A DNA stretch of 64,000 bases from an uncultured Rhodospirillales bacterium (GTDB taxonomy: Bacteria > Pseudomonadota > Alphaproteobacteria > Rhodospirillales > Casp-alpha2). The notes below the pieces were generated by a model. It did not search any database. It was not told the origin of the DNA and worked only from the letters and a program-made list of their open reading frames with translations. Numbering within the stretch: the first letter of the stretch is position 1; every line of letters begins with the position of its first letter. Shown one piece after another: positions 10,869 to 21,552 of the stretch. The DNA lies in contig CBFDBO010000008.1 in the NCBI GenBank assembly GCA_965603075.1, positions 9,098 to 73,097 on the forward strand. Reading direction: 5' to 3'. The position numbers and the translations under genes are program-made.

Positions 10869-11570
10869 TTGAAGAAAGCTTTTCAAAACCTCATGACAAA
10901 AAATCGTTTAGCTGTATTTGATTGTGATGGGACACTCGTTGATTCCCAACATTCCATAATTGCGACCATGACAGCAACGTTTAAACATCATGATTTGCCC
11001 CCACCTGAACCATCAGATGTACGGCGTGTTATTGGTTTATCTCTTAGTGAAACCATGGCTGTGTTGCTGCCTGGCTCTGGACCAGACCATAATCAGGAAA
11101 TGGCAGAAACCTATAAACACTTGTTTCATGATAAACGTATTACAGGTGATGTAGCCGAAACGCTATTTGAAGGGGCGAGAGATGTCATTGAAAAATTAAC
11201 CCATGATGGGTGGTTGTTAGGCGTGGCAACGGGTAAGGCTATGCGCGGACTTAAAGCCACATTGATACCGCATGGTTTGTTAGAACATTTTATCACCCTA
11301 CAAACAGCCGATATCGCCCTGAGCAAACCAAATCCAGATATGCTTCACCGTGCAATGTCTGAAACAGGGGTTGATGCAGCGGATACTGTGATGATTGGTG
11401 ATACAACTTTTGATATGGAAATGGCTCAAAATGCTGGCACCAAAAGTATTGGTGTGTCGTGGGGCTACCATGAAAGCGATGAACTCCATAACGCCGGTGC
11501 AAAGCACGTCATAGATGATTTTAGCACCTTACCATCAGTCCTTGAAAAATTAACGGAGGTAATGAGATGA
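10869..11570 (+). CDS. HAD-IA family hydrolase (phosphoglycolate phosphatase-like)
   Basis: FDCDGTLVDS motif I, a TGK motif and GDTTFD motif IV. The start is uncertain: TTG 10869 or ATG 10893. Confidence 0.8.
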   Translation: MKKAFQNLMTKNRLAVFDCDGTLVDSQHSIIATMTATFKHHDLPPPEPSDVRRVIGLSLSETMAVLLPGSGPDHNQEMAETYKHLFHDKRITGDVAETLFEGARDVIEKLTHDGWLLGVATGKAMRGLKATLIPHGLLEHFITLQTADIALSKPNPDMLHRAMSETGVDAADTVMIGDTTFDMEMAQNAGTKSIGVSWGYHESDELHNAGAKHVIDDFSTLPSVLEKLTEVMR

Positions 11571-13705
11571 GTAAATTAATAAAAATTCTAAGTGGTATTG
11601 GACTACTTTTAATAGCTCTCGTCGTTGCTGTGGTTGCAATTTTATCGTCTATGGACTTTAACGAATATCGAACATTAATAGCCGAAAAAGTAAAAGAAGC
11701 TACAGGTCGTACCGTCACTATTTCGGGTGATTTGGAATTAAATATATCGCTCTCGCCTTCTATTTCTGTAGATGGCATAACCTTTGGCAATGCAGCCTGG
11801 GGCAGTGCTAAAGAAATGGCGACAATTGATACTTTCGCGGCCGAAGTTGATTTACTTCCTCTCATCTCAGGCGATGTTCAGGTCAAACGTGTTGTCCTCA
11901 AAGGCGTGAATGTGCTTTTGGAAACAAAAAGTGATGGTACACCAAATTGGGAATTTGATACCGCCGGGTCAGGCTCTGATAGTTCTTCATCCGGCACTTC
12001 ATCTGACACTTCACCAGGCAGCAGCAAATTGCCAGTGGTTCATACTCTACAAGTACGCGATGTAACCTTGGTTTATAAAGATGGTGTCACGGGTGAGACG
12101 CAAAATGTTTCTCTGCCGTTATTTGATGTATCATCATCCGGGGCCAGTTCTCCCCTTGAAATTGCCCTAGAAGCGTCCCTTAACAATGAAACAATTAAAG
12201 TTAGCGGACAATTAGGTTCTACGGATACATTAAGCAAAAACAATATGTTCCCAGTTAAACTTAATGTTTTGGCTCTGGGTGCTACCATCAATATAGACGG
12301 TACGATATCTTCACCGCGCGAGGCCAAAGGCATCAACATGGGGTTCAATGTTTCGGGTGAAAATCTAGCAACGATCGCGGCACGTGGAATGGCCTTGGGT
12401 GGCGATAAAAGCGGTACACCACTGCCAGCAAGATCATTTTCTATTTCGGGTGCATTCCGCGATGGCGATAACGGCAATTTAGCAATTGATGGATTAAAGT
12501 TGAAAATTGGTAGCAGTGATATCGGTGGCAATATTGCGATTAATCTATCTGGTAGCGTTCCCTCAATAAGCGCTGACCTTTCTTCTGAGTTGTTTGATAC
12601 AGCCGATGTTGCCGATGCGTCGCAAGAAAAAACCACAGAACCAACCACAGAACCAACCACAGAACCAACCTCAGGCTCTGGTGGGGCTGATGATGGGCGG
12701 GTATTCCCCAGTGATCCATTGGTTTTGGATGGTCTGAACGCAGCAAACGTTGAAATTGACTATTCTGCTAAAAAATTAATAACCCCCGAAGCCACACTGG
12801 GTGATGTGCACATTGCCTTGGTACTTGAAGAGGGTAGGTTGGCTGTGTCGCCCTTTGCTGCAACATATTCAGATGGTAAAATCAACGGTAACATCAAACT
12901 TGATGGTTCCACGTCCATAGCAAAGCTCGACCTTAATGTGAGCGTGGACAAAATCGACTATGGCAAAATCTATAAAGCTAACGCCGGAGATGATATGGTA
13001 CGGGGTAAAGCTGATATTATGGTCGATATCAATGGCTCTGGCGGTTCTGTGAGGGCTTTGATGGCGGGGTTGAATGGTAAGCTGCGTATCGTTACGGAAA
13101 AAGGTTATATTGATAGCGGTGCTCTGAGCTTTGTGACAGGGCCTTTAACCGCTCTGTTTGAAGGGGAAGACGCTAAAAACCTACGGTGCGCCGTTGTTGA
13201 TTTTGATATCAAAAAGGGCATGGCAAACAGCAAAGCTACTATTTTTGAAACTGGCGGACTGTCCATCGTTGGCGAAGGCAGTGTTAATCTTCGTGATGAA
13301 AATCTCGATCTGCATTTTGACCCAAGGGCTAAAAATACGTCTTTGGCTTCTGCCGCTGAAATTGGCATTGTGGTCTCAGGCACCTTGAAAGAACCATCTT
13401 TTGGTCCGGATATGGGTGATTTGGCAAAGGGCGTCGCTTCAGCTGCTGCTGGGGTGGCAACAGGAGGGCTTTCAACCGTCATTGGCATGGTCGTTGGGAC
13501 AGCTTCAGATGCAGCCGATACCACAGATTATTGTGCTTTAGCCTTAGCAGGTAAACCGTTGAAGGCGGCTGAAAGTACAGAACCTAAATCAACAACATCT
13601 TCTAGCTCAAACACCACGCCCCCCTCAGAAACCGCTGTTCCCGCGGTGGCGGAACCGGTTACAAAAGCCATTGATAATGTTTTAGATAATATTTTTGGGA
13701 ATTAG
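11567..13705 (+). CDS. AsmA family protein
   Basis: 712 aa with an N-terminal TM anchor, a long beta-rich periplasmic body and an AsmA-like N-terminal region. ATGA overlap with the HAD gene. Confidence 0.75.
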   Translation: MSKLIKILSGIGLLLIALVVAVVAILSSMDFNEYRTLIAEKVKEATGRTVTISGDLELNISLSPSISVDGITFGNAAWGSAKEMATIDTFAAEVDLLPLISGDVQVKRVVLKGVNVLLETKSDGTPNWEFDTAGSGSDSSSSGTSSDTSPGSSKLPVVHTLQVRDVTLVYKDGVTGETQNVSLPLFDVSSSGASSPLEIALEASLNNETIKVSGQLGSTDTLSKNNMFPVKLNVLALGATINIDGTISSPREAKGINMGFNVSGENLATIAARGMALGGDKSGTPLPARSFSISGAFRDGDNGNLAIDGLKLKIGSSDIGGNIAINLSGSVPSISADLSSELFDTADVADASQEKTTEPTTEPTTEPTSGSGGADDGRVFPSDPLVLDGLNAANVEIDYSAKKLITPEATLGDVHIALVLEEGRLAVSPFAATYSDGKINGNIKLDGSTSIAKLDLNVSVDKIDYGKIYKANAGDDMVRGKADIMVDINGSGGSVRALMAGLNGKLRIVTEKGYIDSGALSFVTGPLTALFEGEDAKNLRCAVVDFDIKKGMANSKATIFETGGLSIVGEGSVNLRDENLDLHFDPRAKNTSLASAAEIGIVVSGTLKEPSFGPDMGDLAKGVASAAAGVATGGLSTVIGMVVGTASDAADTTDYCALALAGKPLKAAESTEPKSTTSSSSNTTPPSETAVPAVAEPVTKAIDNVLDNIFGN

Positions 13706-13708
13706 TCA

Positions 13709-14431
13709 TTGAACGAAGCGAGCAAAGTGAGTACAGGGCGTTTTTTTGAGACCGCTACCATCGACACATCCGGTGATAATTGGGTTATCAACCTCGATGG
13801 GCGTCCCGTGCGGACGCCGGCTGGGCATGAGCAGTTAATCCCTGTCCAAGCTTTAGCCGTTGCCATAGCTGATGAGTGGAATAAACAGGGCGATAAAATT
13901 GTTCCTGCGACGATGCCACTTTGTGGTCTAATCAATGCTGCCATTGACCGGGTGGCTTTACAAAGAGAGACCTTTATCAACCAAATTGAAGAATTCTCCA
14001 AAACTGATCTAGTCTGTTATTGGTCCGAAGAACCACCGATATTAGTAAAACGTCAATTTGATACATGGCAGCCTTTATTAGATTGGATGAAATCGACTTT
14101 TAAGGCAGAATTCAATACGTCCTCTAAAATTGTTCATGTTGCTCAACCAGAACAATCAATTTCATTGATTCGGGCAGAAGTCGAAAAGTTAAATGATTTT
14201 GAGTTAGGCGCTTTTACAGATATGGCGATGACCTTGGGCTCCGTCATTATTGGATTGGCTTTATTTCATAATCAGTTGACGACCGATCAAGCTTTCAAAG
14301 CTGCTTACTTAGATGAGTTATTTCAAATTGAAAAATGGGGCGAAGATTACGAAGCGATGGAGCGTCACAAAAATTTACGTGCCGATCTTGACGCTACTGT
14401 TGGATTCTTGACTTTACTGCGCTCAAATTAA
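13709..14431 (+). CDS. ATP12 family F1-ATPase assembly chaperone
   Basis: RFFETA...W.I.LDGRPVRTPAG..L.IP...LA.AIA.EW pattern typical of ATP12. Start is TTG 13709 or GTG 13727. Confidence 0.75.
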   Translation: MNEASKVSTGRFFETATIDTSGDNWVINLDGRPVRTPAGHEQLIPVQALAVAIADEWNKQGDKIVPATMPLCGLINAAIDRVALQRETFINQIEEFSKTDLVCYWSEEPPILVKRQFDTWQPLLDWMKSTFKAEFNTSSKIVHVAQPEQSISLIRAEVEKLNDFELGAFTDMAMTLGSVIIGLALFHNQLTTDQAFKAAYLDELFQIEKWGEDYEAMERHKNLRADLDATVGFLTLLRSN

Positions 14432-14534
14432 ATCTTTTAAATGCAATTGCTGCATTGCAGCATAAATTTTTAGATAGTAATATATAGAAAATAAACAGAT
14501 AGAATTCGTTTTAGGGAGGGATTATTACATCGCC

Positions 14535-16067
14535 ATGCAAGATATTATTCGCCAATTGGAAGAAAAACGGGAACGTGCCAGACTGGGTGGCGGACAGAAA
14601 AGAATAGACACCCAACATGCCAAAGGGAAACTTACCGCCCGCGAACGTATTGATATGTTATTCGACAAAGACAGCTTTGAAGAATGGGATATGTTCATGG
14701 AACACCGATGCACGGATTTCGGCATGGAAAATGAAAAAATCCCCGGTGATGGTGTGGTTGCGGGTTTTGGGACGATAAACGGGCGACTGGTGTTTGTTTT
14801 TTCACAAGACTTTACCGTTCTTGGTGGTTCGTTATCAGCCTCGCATGCACAAAAGATCTGCAAAGTAATGGATCAAGCCATTAAAGTAGGGGCCCCAATA
14901 ATCGGTTTAAATGATTCAGGTGGTGCCCGCATTCAAGAAGGTATTGATAGCTTGGCGGCTTACGCCGAAGTCTTTCAACGAAATGTGATGGCTTCCGGGG
15001 TTGTTCCTCAAATCTCTATGATCATGGGGCCCTGTGCGGGGGGCGCTGTTTATTCTCCCGCCATGACGGATTTCATTTTCATGGTTGAAGACAGCTCGTA
15101 TATGTTTGTGACGGGACCTGATGTTGTTAAAACAGTTACCCACGAAGAAGTAACCCACGAAGAATTGGGCGGTGCAACAACCCACACAACCAAATCTGGG
15201 GTCGCGGATAAATCTTTTGCCAATGATGTGGACGCTTTATTGTTTCTCCGTCGTTTTATGGATTTTCTGCCTTCAAGCAATCAAGAAAAACCACCCGAAC
15301 GGGAAACTGAAGACCAACCCTCTCGCATGGAAATGTCCCTCGATACATTAATTCCCGACAATCCAAACAAACCTTACGATATGAAAGAACTGATTCGAAA
15401 GATCATTGATGAAGGTGACTTCTTTGAAATTCAGCCAAATTACGCTGGAAATATCCTAATCGGTTTTGCCCGTATGGAAGGCTCAACCGTTGGCATTGTT
15501 GCAAACCAGCCCATGGTGCTTGCCGGGTGTTTGGATATCAATTCCTCAATCAAGGCCGCGCGTTTTGTTCGGTTCTGTGATTGTTTCAATATACCCATCG
15601 TTACGCTGGTTGATGTACCGGGTTTCATGCCGGGAACATCGCAAGAATATGGCGGAATCATTAAACATGGGGCTAAATTATTATATGCCTACGCCGAAGC
15701 CACCGTTCCAAAAGTAACAGTTATCACGCGTAAAGCCTATGGTGGAGCCTATGACGTGATGAGCTCTAAACATCTTCGTGGTGATGTAAATTACGCTTGG
15801 CCCACCGCAGAAATAGCCGTCATGGGACCAAAAGGGGCGGTTGAAATCATCTTCCGTAAAGATATCGGCGACCAGAAAAAAATCGATGAGCGTACCGAAG
15901 AGTACCGTGAACGCTTTGCCAATCCGTTTGTGGCGGGCAGCCGTGGATTTATTGATGATGTCATCATGCCCCACAATACACGCGCCCGGTTGTGTCGCTC
16001 GCTTCGAATGTTGAAGAACAAAGAAGATAGCAACCCTTGGAAAAAACACGGCAATATGCCGCTTTAA
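14535..16067 (+). CDS. pccB: propionyl-CoA carboxylase beta subunit (carboxyltransferase)
   Basis: 510 aa of the carboxyltransferase family ([28 protein letters not shown]), directly upstream of the biotin carboxylase subunit. Confidence 0.88.
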   Translation: MQDIIRQLEEKRERARLGGGQKRIDTQHAKGKLTARERIDMLFDKDSFEEWDMFMEHRCTDFGMENEKIPGDGVVAGFGTINGRLVFVFSQDFTVLGGSLSASHAQKICKVMDQAIKVGAPIIGLNDSGGARIQEGIDSLAAYAEVFQRNVMASGVVPQISMIMGPCAGGAVYSPAMTDFIFMVEDSSYMFVTGPDVVKTVTHEEVTHEELGGATTHTTKSGVADKSFANDVDALLFLRRFMDFLPSSNQEKPPERETEDQPSRMEMSLDTLIPDNPNKPYDMKELIRKIIDEGDFFEIQPNYAGNILIGFARMEGSTVGIVANQPMVLAGCLDINSSIKAARFVRFCDCFNIPIVTLVDVPGFMPGTSQEYGGIIKHGAKLLYAYAEATVPKVTVITRKAYGGAYDVMSSKHLRGDVNYAWPTAEIAVMGPKGAVEIIFRKDIGDQKKIDERTEEYRERFANPFVAGSRGFIDDVIMPHNTRARLCRSLRMLKNKEDSNPWKKHGNMPL

Positions 16068-16092
16068 TAAGCACTATATGGTTGGATAAACG

Positions 16093-18087
16093 ATGTTGAA
16101 AAAAATTCTTATTGCGAATCGTGGTGAAATTGCCTGTCGCGTTATTAAGTCAGCCCAACAAATGGGCATTAAAACCGTTGCGGTTTATTCCGAAGCCGAC
16201 AAACAAGCATTACATGTTGAAATGGCTGATGAAGCCGTTTGCATCGGCCCGGCACCATCAAGCGAGAGTTATTTGGTGGTAAAAAATATCATGAAAGCCA
16301 TCAAGGATACGGGGGCCGATGCGGTCCATCCGGGGTATGGCTTTTTATCGGAAAATGCGGCTTTTGCTAAAAAACTAGCCCGCGAGAAAATAACATTTAT
16401 TGGCCCTAAACCCCGCGCAATTACAGCTATGGGCGACAAAATAGCCTCAAAGAAATTAGCCGAAGCCGCCGGTGTCAGTACCGTTCCAGGGCACTTGGAA
16501 GTCATCAAAAATGCCAAGGACGCTGTTAAAATTGCCAACAAGATTGGCTACCCCGTCATGCTGAAAGCATCAGCAGGGGGTGGCGGAAAAGGCATGCGGG
16601 TTGCTTATAACGACGCTGAATGTGCCGATGGGTTTGATCGTGCGACCAGTGAAGCCATCAACAGCTTTGGCGATGATCGCGTTTTTGCAGAAAAATTTAT
16701 TGAAGAACCACGACACATTGAAATTCAAGTCCTCGCTGACAGTTTTGGTAATACGGTTTATTTGGGCGAACGTGAATGCTCCATCCAGCGCCGTCATCAA
16801 AAAGTTATCGAAGAAGCACCGAGTTCCTTCCTGGACGAGGCTACCCGAAAAGCCATGGGTGAACAGGCTGTGGCGCTCGCCAAAGCGGTAAATTATCAAT
16901 CCGCAGGCACCGTTGAATTCATTGTTGATAAAGATAAGAATTTCTTTTTCCTAGAGATGAATACCCGTTTACAGGTGGAGCATCCCGTGACGGAGTTAAT
17001 CACCGGGCTTGATTTGGTGGAATTGATGATCCGCATTGCCGCAGGTGAAAAACTGAAGCTTAAACAAGAAGATATAAAGCTTAACGGTTGGGCAATTGAA
17101 TCGCGGATCTACGCCGAGGATCCTTTTAGAAACTTCCTGCCGTCCATTGGTCGATTGGTCCATTATAAATCCCCCACCAATCCCGAAGGCGAAGGGATCG
17201 TCCGGGTGGATACAGGTGTCTATGAAGGCGGTGAAATTTCGATGTATTATGACCCCATGATTGCCAAATTAGTAACGTGGGGAACGGACCGAGCGCATGC
17301 CACCCGTCTCATGCAAAAGGCCCTTGATGAATTCTATATCCGGGGTGTTTCGCATAATATTCCGTTCTTATCGGCCTTGATGGTTCACCCAAGGTTTAAA
17401 GAAGGCAACATCACCACAAACTTTATTGCAGAAGAATATCCAGATGGATTTCATCCCGGTGATGCAATTCATGATGAACCGTCAATCATTATCGCCGTGG
17501 CGGCCTGTATGCATTATGCCTATCAACAACGTGCCGTTACCATCGCTAATCATGTATCAAGCTCCATGGATAAACGCTATAATGATTGGGTTGTTGTTAT
17601 AGAAGATGATCATCATCCGGTTCATGTTATTCAAAACAATACGGGCTATGAAGTTACAATTGACAATGAAACCATCAATGTCGTTACTCAGTGGAAAAGG
17701 GGCGACGTCCTTTTTCATGCGAAGATCGGTGAGGCGGATGTTTGTATGCAGGTTGAATGTAATGATGTCAGTTATTTGATTGATCATGCTGGCGTTCAAG
17801 TCAAATTGCATGTTTTGTTCCCGCATGTGGCGTACTTAAATAAATTAATGCCGCATAAATCCCCCCCTGATACATCAAATCTTTTGTTGTCTCCTATGCC
17901 CGGTCTATTGATGTCCGTCGCTGTCGAAGAAGGGCAAGAGATCAAAGAGGGCGAAGAGCTTGCCATAATCGAAGCCATGAAGATGGAAAACGTCATGCGA
18001 GCCTCCCGTGATTGTACCGTTGGAGCAATTCACGCAACTGCGGGTGATAGCCTAACGGTTGATCAAATTATCATGGACTTTACGTGA
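16093..18087 (+). CDS. pccA: propionyl-CoA carboxylase alpha subunit (biotin carboxylase plus BCCP domain)
   Basis: ILIANRGEIACRVI N-terminus, ATP-grasp region, and C-terminal biotinylation motif EAMKMEN. Confidence 0.88.
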   Translation: MLKKILIANRGEIACRVIKSAQQMGIKTVAVYSEADKQALHVEMADEAVCIGPAPSSESYLVVKNIMKAIKDTGADAVHPGYGFLSENAAFAKKLAREKITFIGPKPRAITAMGDKIASKKLAEAAGVSTVPGHLEVIKNAKDAVKIANKIGYPVMLKASAGGGGKGMRVAYNDAECADGFDRATSEAINSFGDDRVFAEKFIEEPRHIEIQVLADSFGNTVYLGERECSIQRRHQKVIEEAPSSFLDEATRKAMGEQAVALAKAVNYQSAGTVEFIVDKDKNFFFLEMNTRLQVEHPVTELITGLDLVELMIRIAAGEKLKLKQEDIKLNGWAIESRIYAEDPFRNFLPSIGRLVHYKSPTNPEGEGIVRVDTGVYEGGEISMYYDPMIAKLVTWGTDRAHATRLMQKALDEFYIRGVSHNIPFLSALMVHPRFKEGNITTNFIAEEYPDGFHPGDAIHDEPSIIIAVAACMHYAYQQRAVTIANHVSSSMDKRYNDWVVVIEDDHHPVHVIQNNTGYEVTIDNETINVVTQWKRGDVLFHAKIGEADVCMQVECNDVSYLIDHAGVQVKLHVLFPHVAYLNKLMPHKSPPDTSNLLLSPMPGLLMSVAVEEGQEIKEGEELAIIEAMKMENVMRASRDCTVGAIHATAGDSLTVDQIIMDFT

Positions 18088-18719
18088 TCTCATTTATCGA
18101 AGGCTTGTTGCTTGGTGCAAGCCTGATCATCGCTATTGGAGCGCAAAACGCCTATGTAATTCGTCAAGGGGTCAAAGGCGAGCATGTATTCGCCGTTGCC
18201 GCTGTTTGTGCGCTGGTGGATATTATGTTGATTGCCGTCGGAGCCGCTGGGGTGGGGACGTTAATTGCACAAAGCCCAACGCTACGGATGATTGCCGCGT
18301 GGGGTGGGGCGCTATTTTTATTCAGTTTTGGTGTCATTGCCACCCGCGCCGCCTTTCGGGCTCAATCTAACGCTTGGGATGAGGCTGACAATGAAGCCCG
18401 CATAACCACAGGTAAATATTCTGGTGTAAAAGGGGCGATGATCACCGCGGCGGGGTTTTCGTTGCTAAACCCCCACGTATATCTTGATACGGTTGTTGTC
18501 TTGGGCGGCCTTGCTGCACAATATGATGGTGCGGATAGGGTATTATTTGCCGTCGGTGCCATGAGTGCATCGGTGATTTGGTTTGCCGGTATTGGGTATG
18601 GTGCCATAAAAGTTGCCCCGTTTTTCAGAACGACCTTTGGGGCACGAATGTTAGAAGCGACGATTGCCGTAATAATGTTTCTTTTGGCGTTCTTATTATT
18701 GAAAGATGTCCTACAATAA
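18084..18719 (+). CDS. LysE/ArgO family amino-acid exporter
   Basis: 211 aa, six TM segments, IGAQNAYVIRQG motif typical of ArgO/LysE. The GTG start overlaps the pccA stop. Confidence 0.82.
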   Translation: MISFIEGLLLGASLIIAIGAQNAYVIRQGVKGEHVFAVAAVCALVDIMLIAVGAAGVGTLIAQSPTLRMIAAWGGALFLFSFGVIATRAAFRAQSNAWDEADNEARITTGKYSGVKGAMITAAGFSLLNPHVYLDTVVVLGGLAAQYDGADRVLFAVGAMSASVIWFAGIGYGAIKVAPFFRTTFGARMLEATIAVIMFLLAFLLLKDVLQ

Positions 18720-18731
18720 AATGAGGGCAAT

Positions 18732-19013
18732 ATGACAATTAAAAGTATTCATCTATCGATCACAGGCCGTGTTCAGGGGGTGTGGTATCGTGGCTGGACC
18801 AATCAACAAGCAAATGCATTAAACTTAGACGGTTGGGTACGTAATAGGACCGATGGTTCGGTGGAAGCTGTTTTTTCTGGAAATCAAGAGGGCGTTGATA
18901 ATATGCTCATCCTTTGTTATGACGGACCACCCTCTGCTCGGGTCGATAGCATAATTATAGATACCCTTAGTGAACGACCACCCGCCGGTTTCCACTTAAA
19001 GCCAACAGGTTAA
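18732..19013 (+). CDS. acyP: acylphosphatase
   Basis: 93 aa with VQGVWYR...GWVRN..DGSVEA motifs. Confidence 0.85.
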   Translation: MTIKSIHLSITGRVQGVWYRGWTNQQANALNLDGWVRNRTDGSVEAVFSGNQEGVDNMLILCYDGPPSARVDSIIIDTLSERPPAGFHLKPTG

Positions 19014-19016
19014 AAC

Positions 19017-20357
19017 ATGAAAAAGTCACCCTCTAATTCCCTCTCTAATTCCCTTTCTAAATCTCTTCCAAAAAACGCGGATGCCATCATTGTTGGTGGT
19101 GGTATCATTGGTTGTTCTACGGCGTATTACTTAGCAAAGCAGGGGATGAGTGTTTTAGTCATGGAGAAAAGTCATATGGTTGGCCATGAACAATCCAGCC
19201 GTAATTGGGGTTTTGTTCGTCAATTAGGACGAGACCCAAAAGAAATCCCCCTCATGATGCGATCCAATAAAATTTGGAAAGGTTTTGAGAAAGAATTAGA
19301 TGCATCCCTTGGTTGGCAGCAAAAAGGGATCCTCGGTATGACCGATGATCCATCGGCTATTCCAGATTATGAAAAATGGAGAAACATAGCGGGCACTTTC
19401 GGTCTTAAAACTCAAATACTCGATGGCAAACAAATAACAAAGCTTATGCCCAAGATGACCCGTAAATGGGCCGGGGGTATTTATTTACCAAGTGATGGTA
19501 ATGCGGACCCTGAAATCACCACAAAAGCCATTGCAGCGGGTGTTGTGGCCCATGGGGGGCACGTAGAGACCAACTGCGCTGTATTGGGCGTCGATGTGGA
19601 GGCTGGCAAGGTTACCGGGGTTGTTAGCGAACGGGGGACCGTTAAGGCACCTATTGTTATAACGTCGGCTGGGGCGTGGACATCACGCATTTTAAGCTGG
19701 CTAGATATTGAAATGCCGCAAATGCGTATACGGGGCAGTGTTGGTCGTACCATGCCCGTAGAACGGTTAAGTACAATTGCGGCTTGGACACCTTCATTGG
19801 GGTTTGTTCAGCGAAAAGATAATTGTTTTACCGTATCGGGCTTAGATATTACCGAACATGATTTATCAATAGAATCTCTGCGATACGCCAAATATTTCTT
19901 TAGAGAGTTTTTAGATAATCGAGATTTGATCAGTCTTCACTTTGGTCATCCATTTTTGCTCGATTTAATAGGACGACTTCCGGGTTCTAACGCCATGAAA
20001 GACCCCTTACGTCGCGCGCGTATTAGTGAGCCTACGCCCAATACAAAACAAATCGAAAAATGCCTTGAAGAACTGTATAAAACGTTTCCCTCAATCGCCG
20101 GAACCCCCCTTAAGAAAGCTTGGGCAGGGCACATAGATGTAACCCCCGACATGTTACCCGTCCTTGATGGTTCATGCGGGCCCGAGGGACTTATCGTAGC
20201 ATCCGGTTTTAGCGGTCATGGCTTTGGTATTGGACCAGGGGCCGGAGCCACCATTGCCGAGCTTGCCAGTGGTAAAACGCCAAAAATAGATTTAGCTAAT
20301 TTCAAATTGGATCGTTTTGCCAATGGCGATTGGGATAAACCCTATAATTTGATCTAA
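19017..20357 (+). CDS. FAD-dependent oxidoreductase (DAO family)
   Basis: Rossmann dinucleotide motif DAIIVGGGIIGCSTAYYLA. The low-complexity N-terminus SNSLSNSLSKSL is encoded by a 12-bp repeat. Confidence 0.8.
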   Translation: MKKSPSNSLSNSLSKSLPKNADAIIVGGGIIGCSTAYYLAKQGMSVLVMEKSHMVGHEQSSRNWGFVRQLGRDPKEIPLMMRSNKIWKGFEKELDASLGWQQKGILGMTDDPSAIPDYEKWRNIAGTFGLKTQILDGKQITKLMPKMTRKWAGGIYLPSDGNADPEITTKAIAAGVVAHGGHVETNCAVLGVDVEAGKVTGVVSERGTVKAPIVITSAGAWTSRILSWLDIEMPQMRIRGSVGRTMPVERLSTIAAWTPSLGFVQRKDNCFTVSGLDITEHDLSIESLRYAKYFFREFLDNRDLISLHFGHPFLLDLIGRLPGSNAMKDPLRRARISEPTPNTKQIEKCLEELYKTFPSIAGTPLKKAWAGHIDVTPDMLPVLDGSCGPEGLIVASGFSGHGFGIGPGAGATIAELASGKTPKIDLANFKLDRFANGDWDKPYNLI

Positions 20358-20358
20358 G

Positions 20359-21552
20359 CTATTCTATTACCATCGAGCGCCCCGGTGGGAATGAGATTGA
20401 AATGGTTGTGCCTTTTCCCATCTCACTTTTGATGCCAATTTTGCCGCCATGTTTTTCAGCAAATGATTTTGTTAAAGCAAGTCCCAGTCCAATGCCTTTC
20501 TCATTTATATTTTTGGTGTCGGTTACTTGACCAAAAGGCATCATAATTGTCTCAAAGCTATCACTTGGGATACCTATTCCCGTATCAGCGACTTCAAATA
20601 TAATACTACCTTCCTGGTCTGATTTAACGGTTGTATTAATCTTTCCGCCCCTTGGGGTGAATTTAATGGAATTTGACATTAAATTCAGTAACATTTGTCT
20701 GGTTAAACGGTTGTCTGCAAAAAGAGCTTTCTTATAGGTTTCAATATTTCTTGTCAGTTCGATGCCCGTATTATCGGCTGAGGGTTTCAGCATCGCTATA
20801 CAATTATCAATCAAATCTGTGAGATTGATTTTCTCTTCATTTAAATCGAATTTGTTCGCTTCAACTTTTGAAAGATCCAGAATATCACTGATCAAGTTAA
20901 GGAGATGGTTACCACTATTGTAAATGTCATTGGCATAATCGCTGTATTTATTATTATTTATGGGGCCAAAGTTCTCATTCACCATGACTTGAGAAAAACC
21001 CAAAATGGCATTTAAAGGTGTTCTTAGCTCGTGGCTCATATTGGCTAAGAAGTTTGACTTAGCTTGAGTTGCTTCTCTGAGAACCAGATTAGCTTTCTCT
21101 AATGCTTGTTCAGCTTTACGAAGTGATTCCACCTCTGATGTATCTCTGGTGGTTCCACAAAGCCCCGTAAAATCACCCGTGCGAACATCAAAATTTGGAA
21201 TTGCGCTGACTAATAGATTGTGTTCTCGACCGCTTATATCCTCTAATCTAAAGGGTAAATTTCTGAAGGGTTGCCTAAAATTAGGGATGTATGGATTACC
21301 AACTTGATCAATAAAGTTTCCGATATCCGTTATTTTTTTTCCGACCAGTTGAATGGGTAAAAACCCAAGGTCATCTTTAATGCGTTGAGAAACAAATATA
21401 ATATTGTCATCTTTATCTGTTTCCCAAACCCACTCTGCGACCATGCGCGTTAAATCTTCTAGCCGGGTGAGGGCTTTCGAAGCACGTTCAGATGAATCGC
21501 CAGAGATTGAAGGCCAGTGGCGATGCCGCCGGGTTATATTATTCTTCGTCAT
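20359..21552 (-). CDS. cytoplasmic PAS-domain sensor histidine kinase
   Basis: H-box NFLANMSHELRTPLNAILGF, N-box LLNLMSNSIKFT, G-boxes DTGIGI and GIGLGL. No TM segments. Its stop lies 1 nt from the stop of the convergent upstream gene. Confidence 0.85.
   Translation of the reverse strand: MTKNNITRRHRHWPSISGDSSERASKALTRLEDLTRMVAEWVWETDKDDNIIFVSQRIKDDLGFLPIQLVGKKITDIGNFIDQVGNPYIPNFRQPFRNLPFRLEDISGREHNLLVSAIPNFDVRTGDFTGLCGTTRDTSEVESLRKAEQALEKANLVLREATQAKSNFLANMSHELRTPLNAILGFSQVMVNENFGPINNNKYSDYANDIYNSGNHLLNLISDILDLSKVEANKFDLNEEKINLTDLIDNCIAMLKPSADNTGIELTRNIETYKKALFADNRLTRQMLLNLMSNSIKFTPRGGKINTTVKSDQEGSIIFEVADTGIGIPSDSFETIMMPFGQVTDTKNINEKGIGLGLALTKSFAEKHGGKIGIKSEMGKGTTISISFPPGRSMVIE

Noticed and set aside
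12073-12660. 195-aa minus-strand ORF inside the AsmA gene. Similar long antisense ORFs occur at 13105-13524, 29088-29516, 29503-29946, 35613-36113, 40703-41227, 41 kb and 55695-56105.
   Set aside because: All lie fully within, and antisense to, genes with strong family signatures. Their translations are low-complexity (Ser/Pro/Ala/Arg-rich) with no motifs. These are typical shadow ORFs.
12632-12667. Perfect 12-bp x3 repeat (ACCACAGAACCA) encoding TTEPTTEPTTEP in the AsmA-family gene. A similar 12-bp coding repeat lies at 19031-19066 (SNSLSNSLSKSL).
   Set aside because: These are in-frame coding microsatellites in linker or low-complexity regions. They are likely neutral slippage with possible strain-to-strain length variation and have no functional implication I can support.
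15129-15163. Apparent tandem duplication in pccB encoding [10 protein letters not shown].
   Set aside because: The segment aligns with the conserved ..EEVT.EELGG region of carboxyltransferases without changing length. It is probably ordinary sequence similarity, not an insertion.
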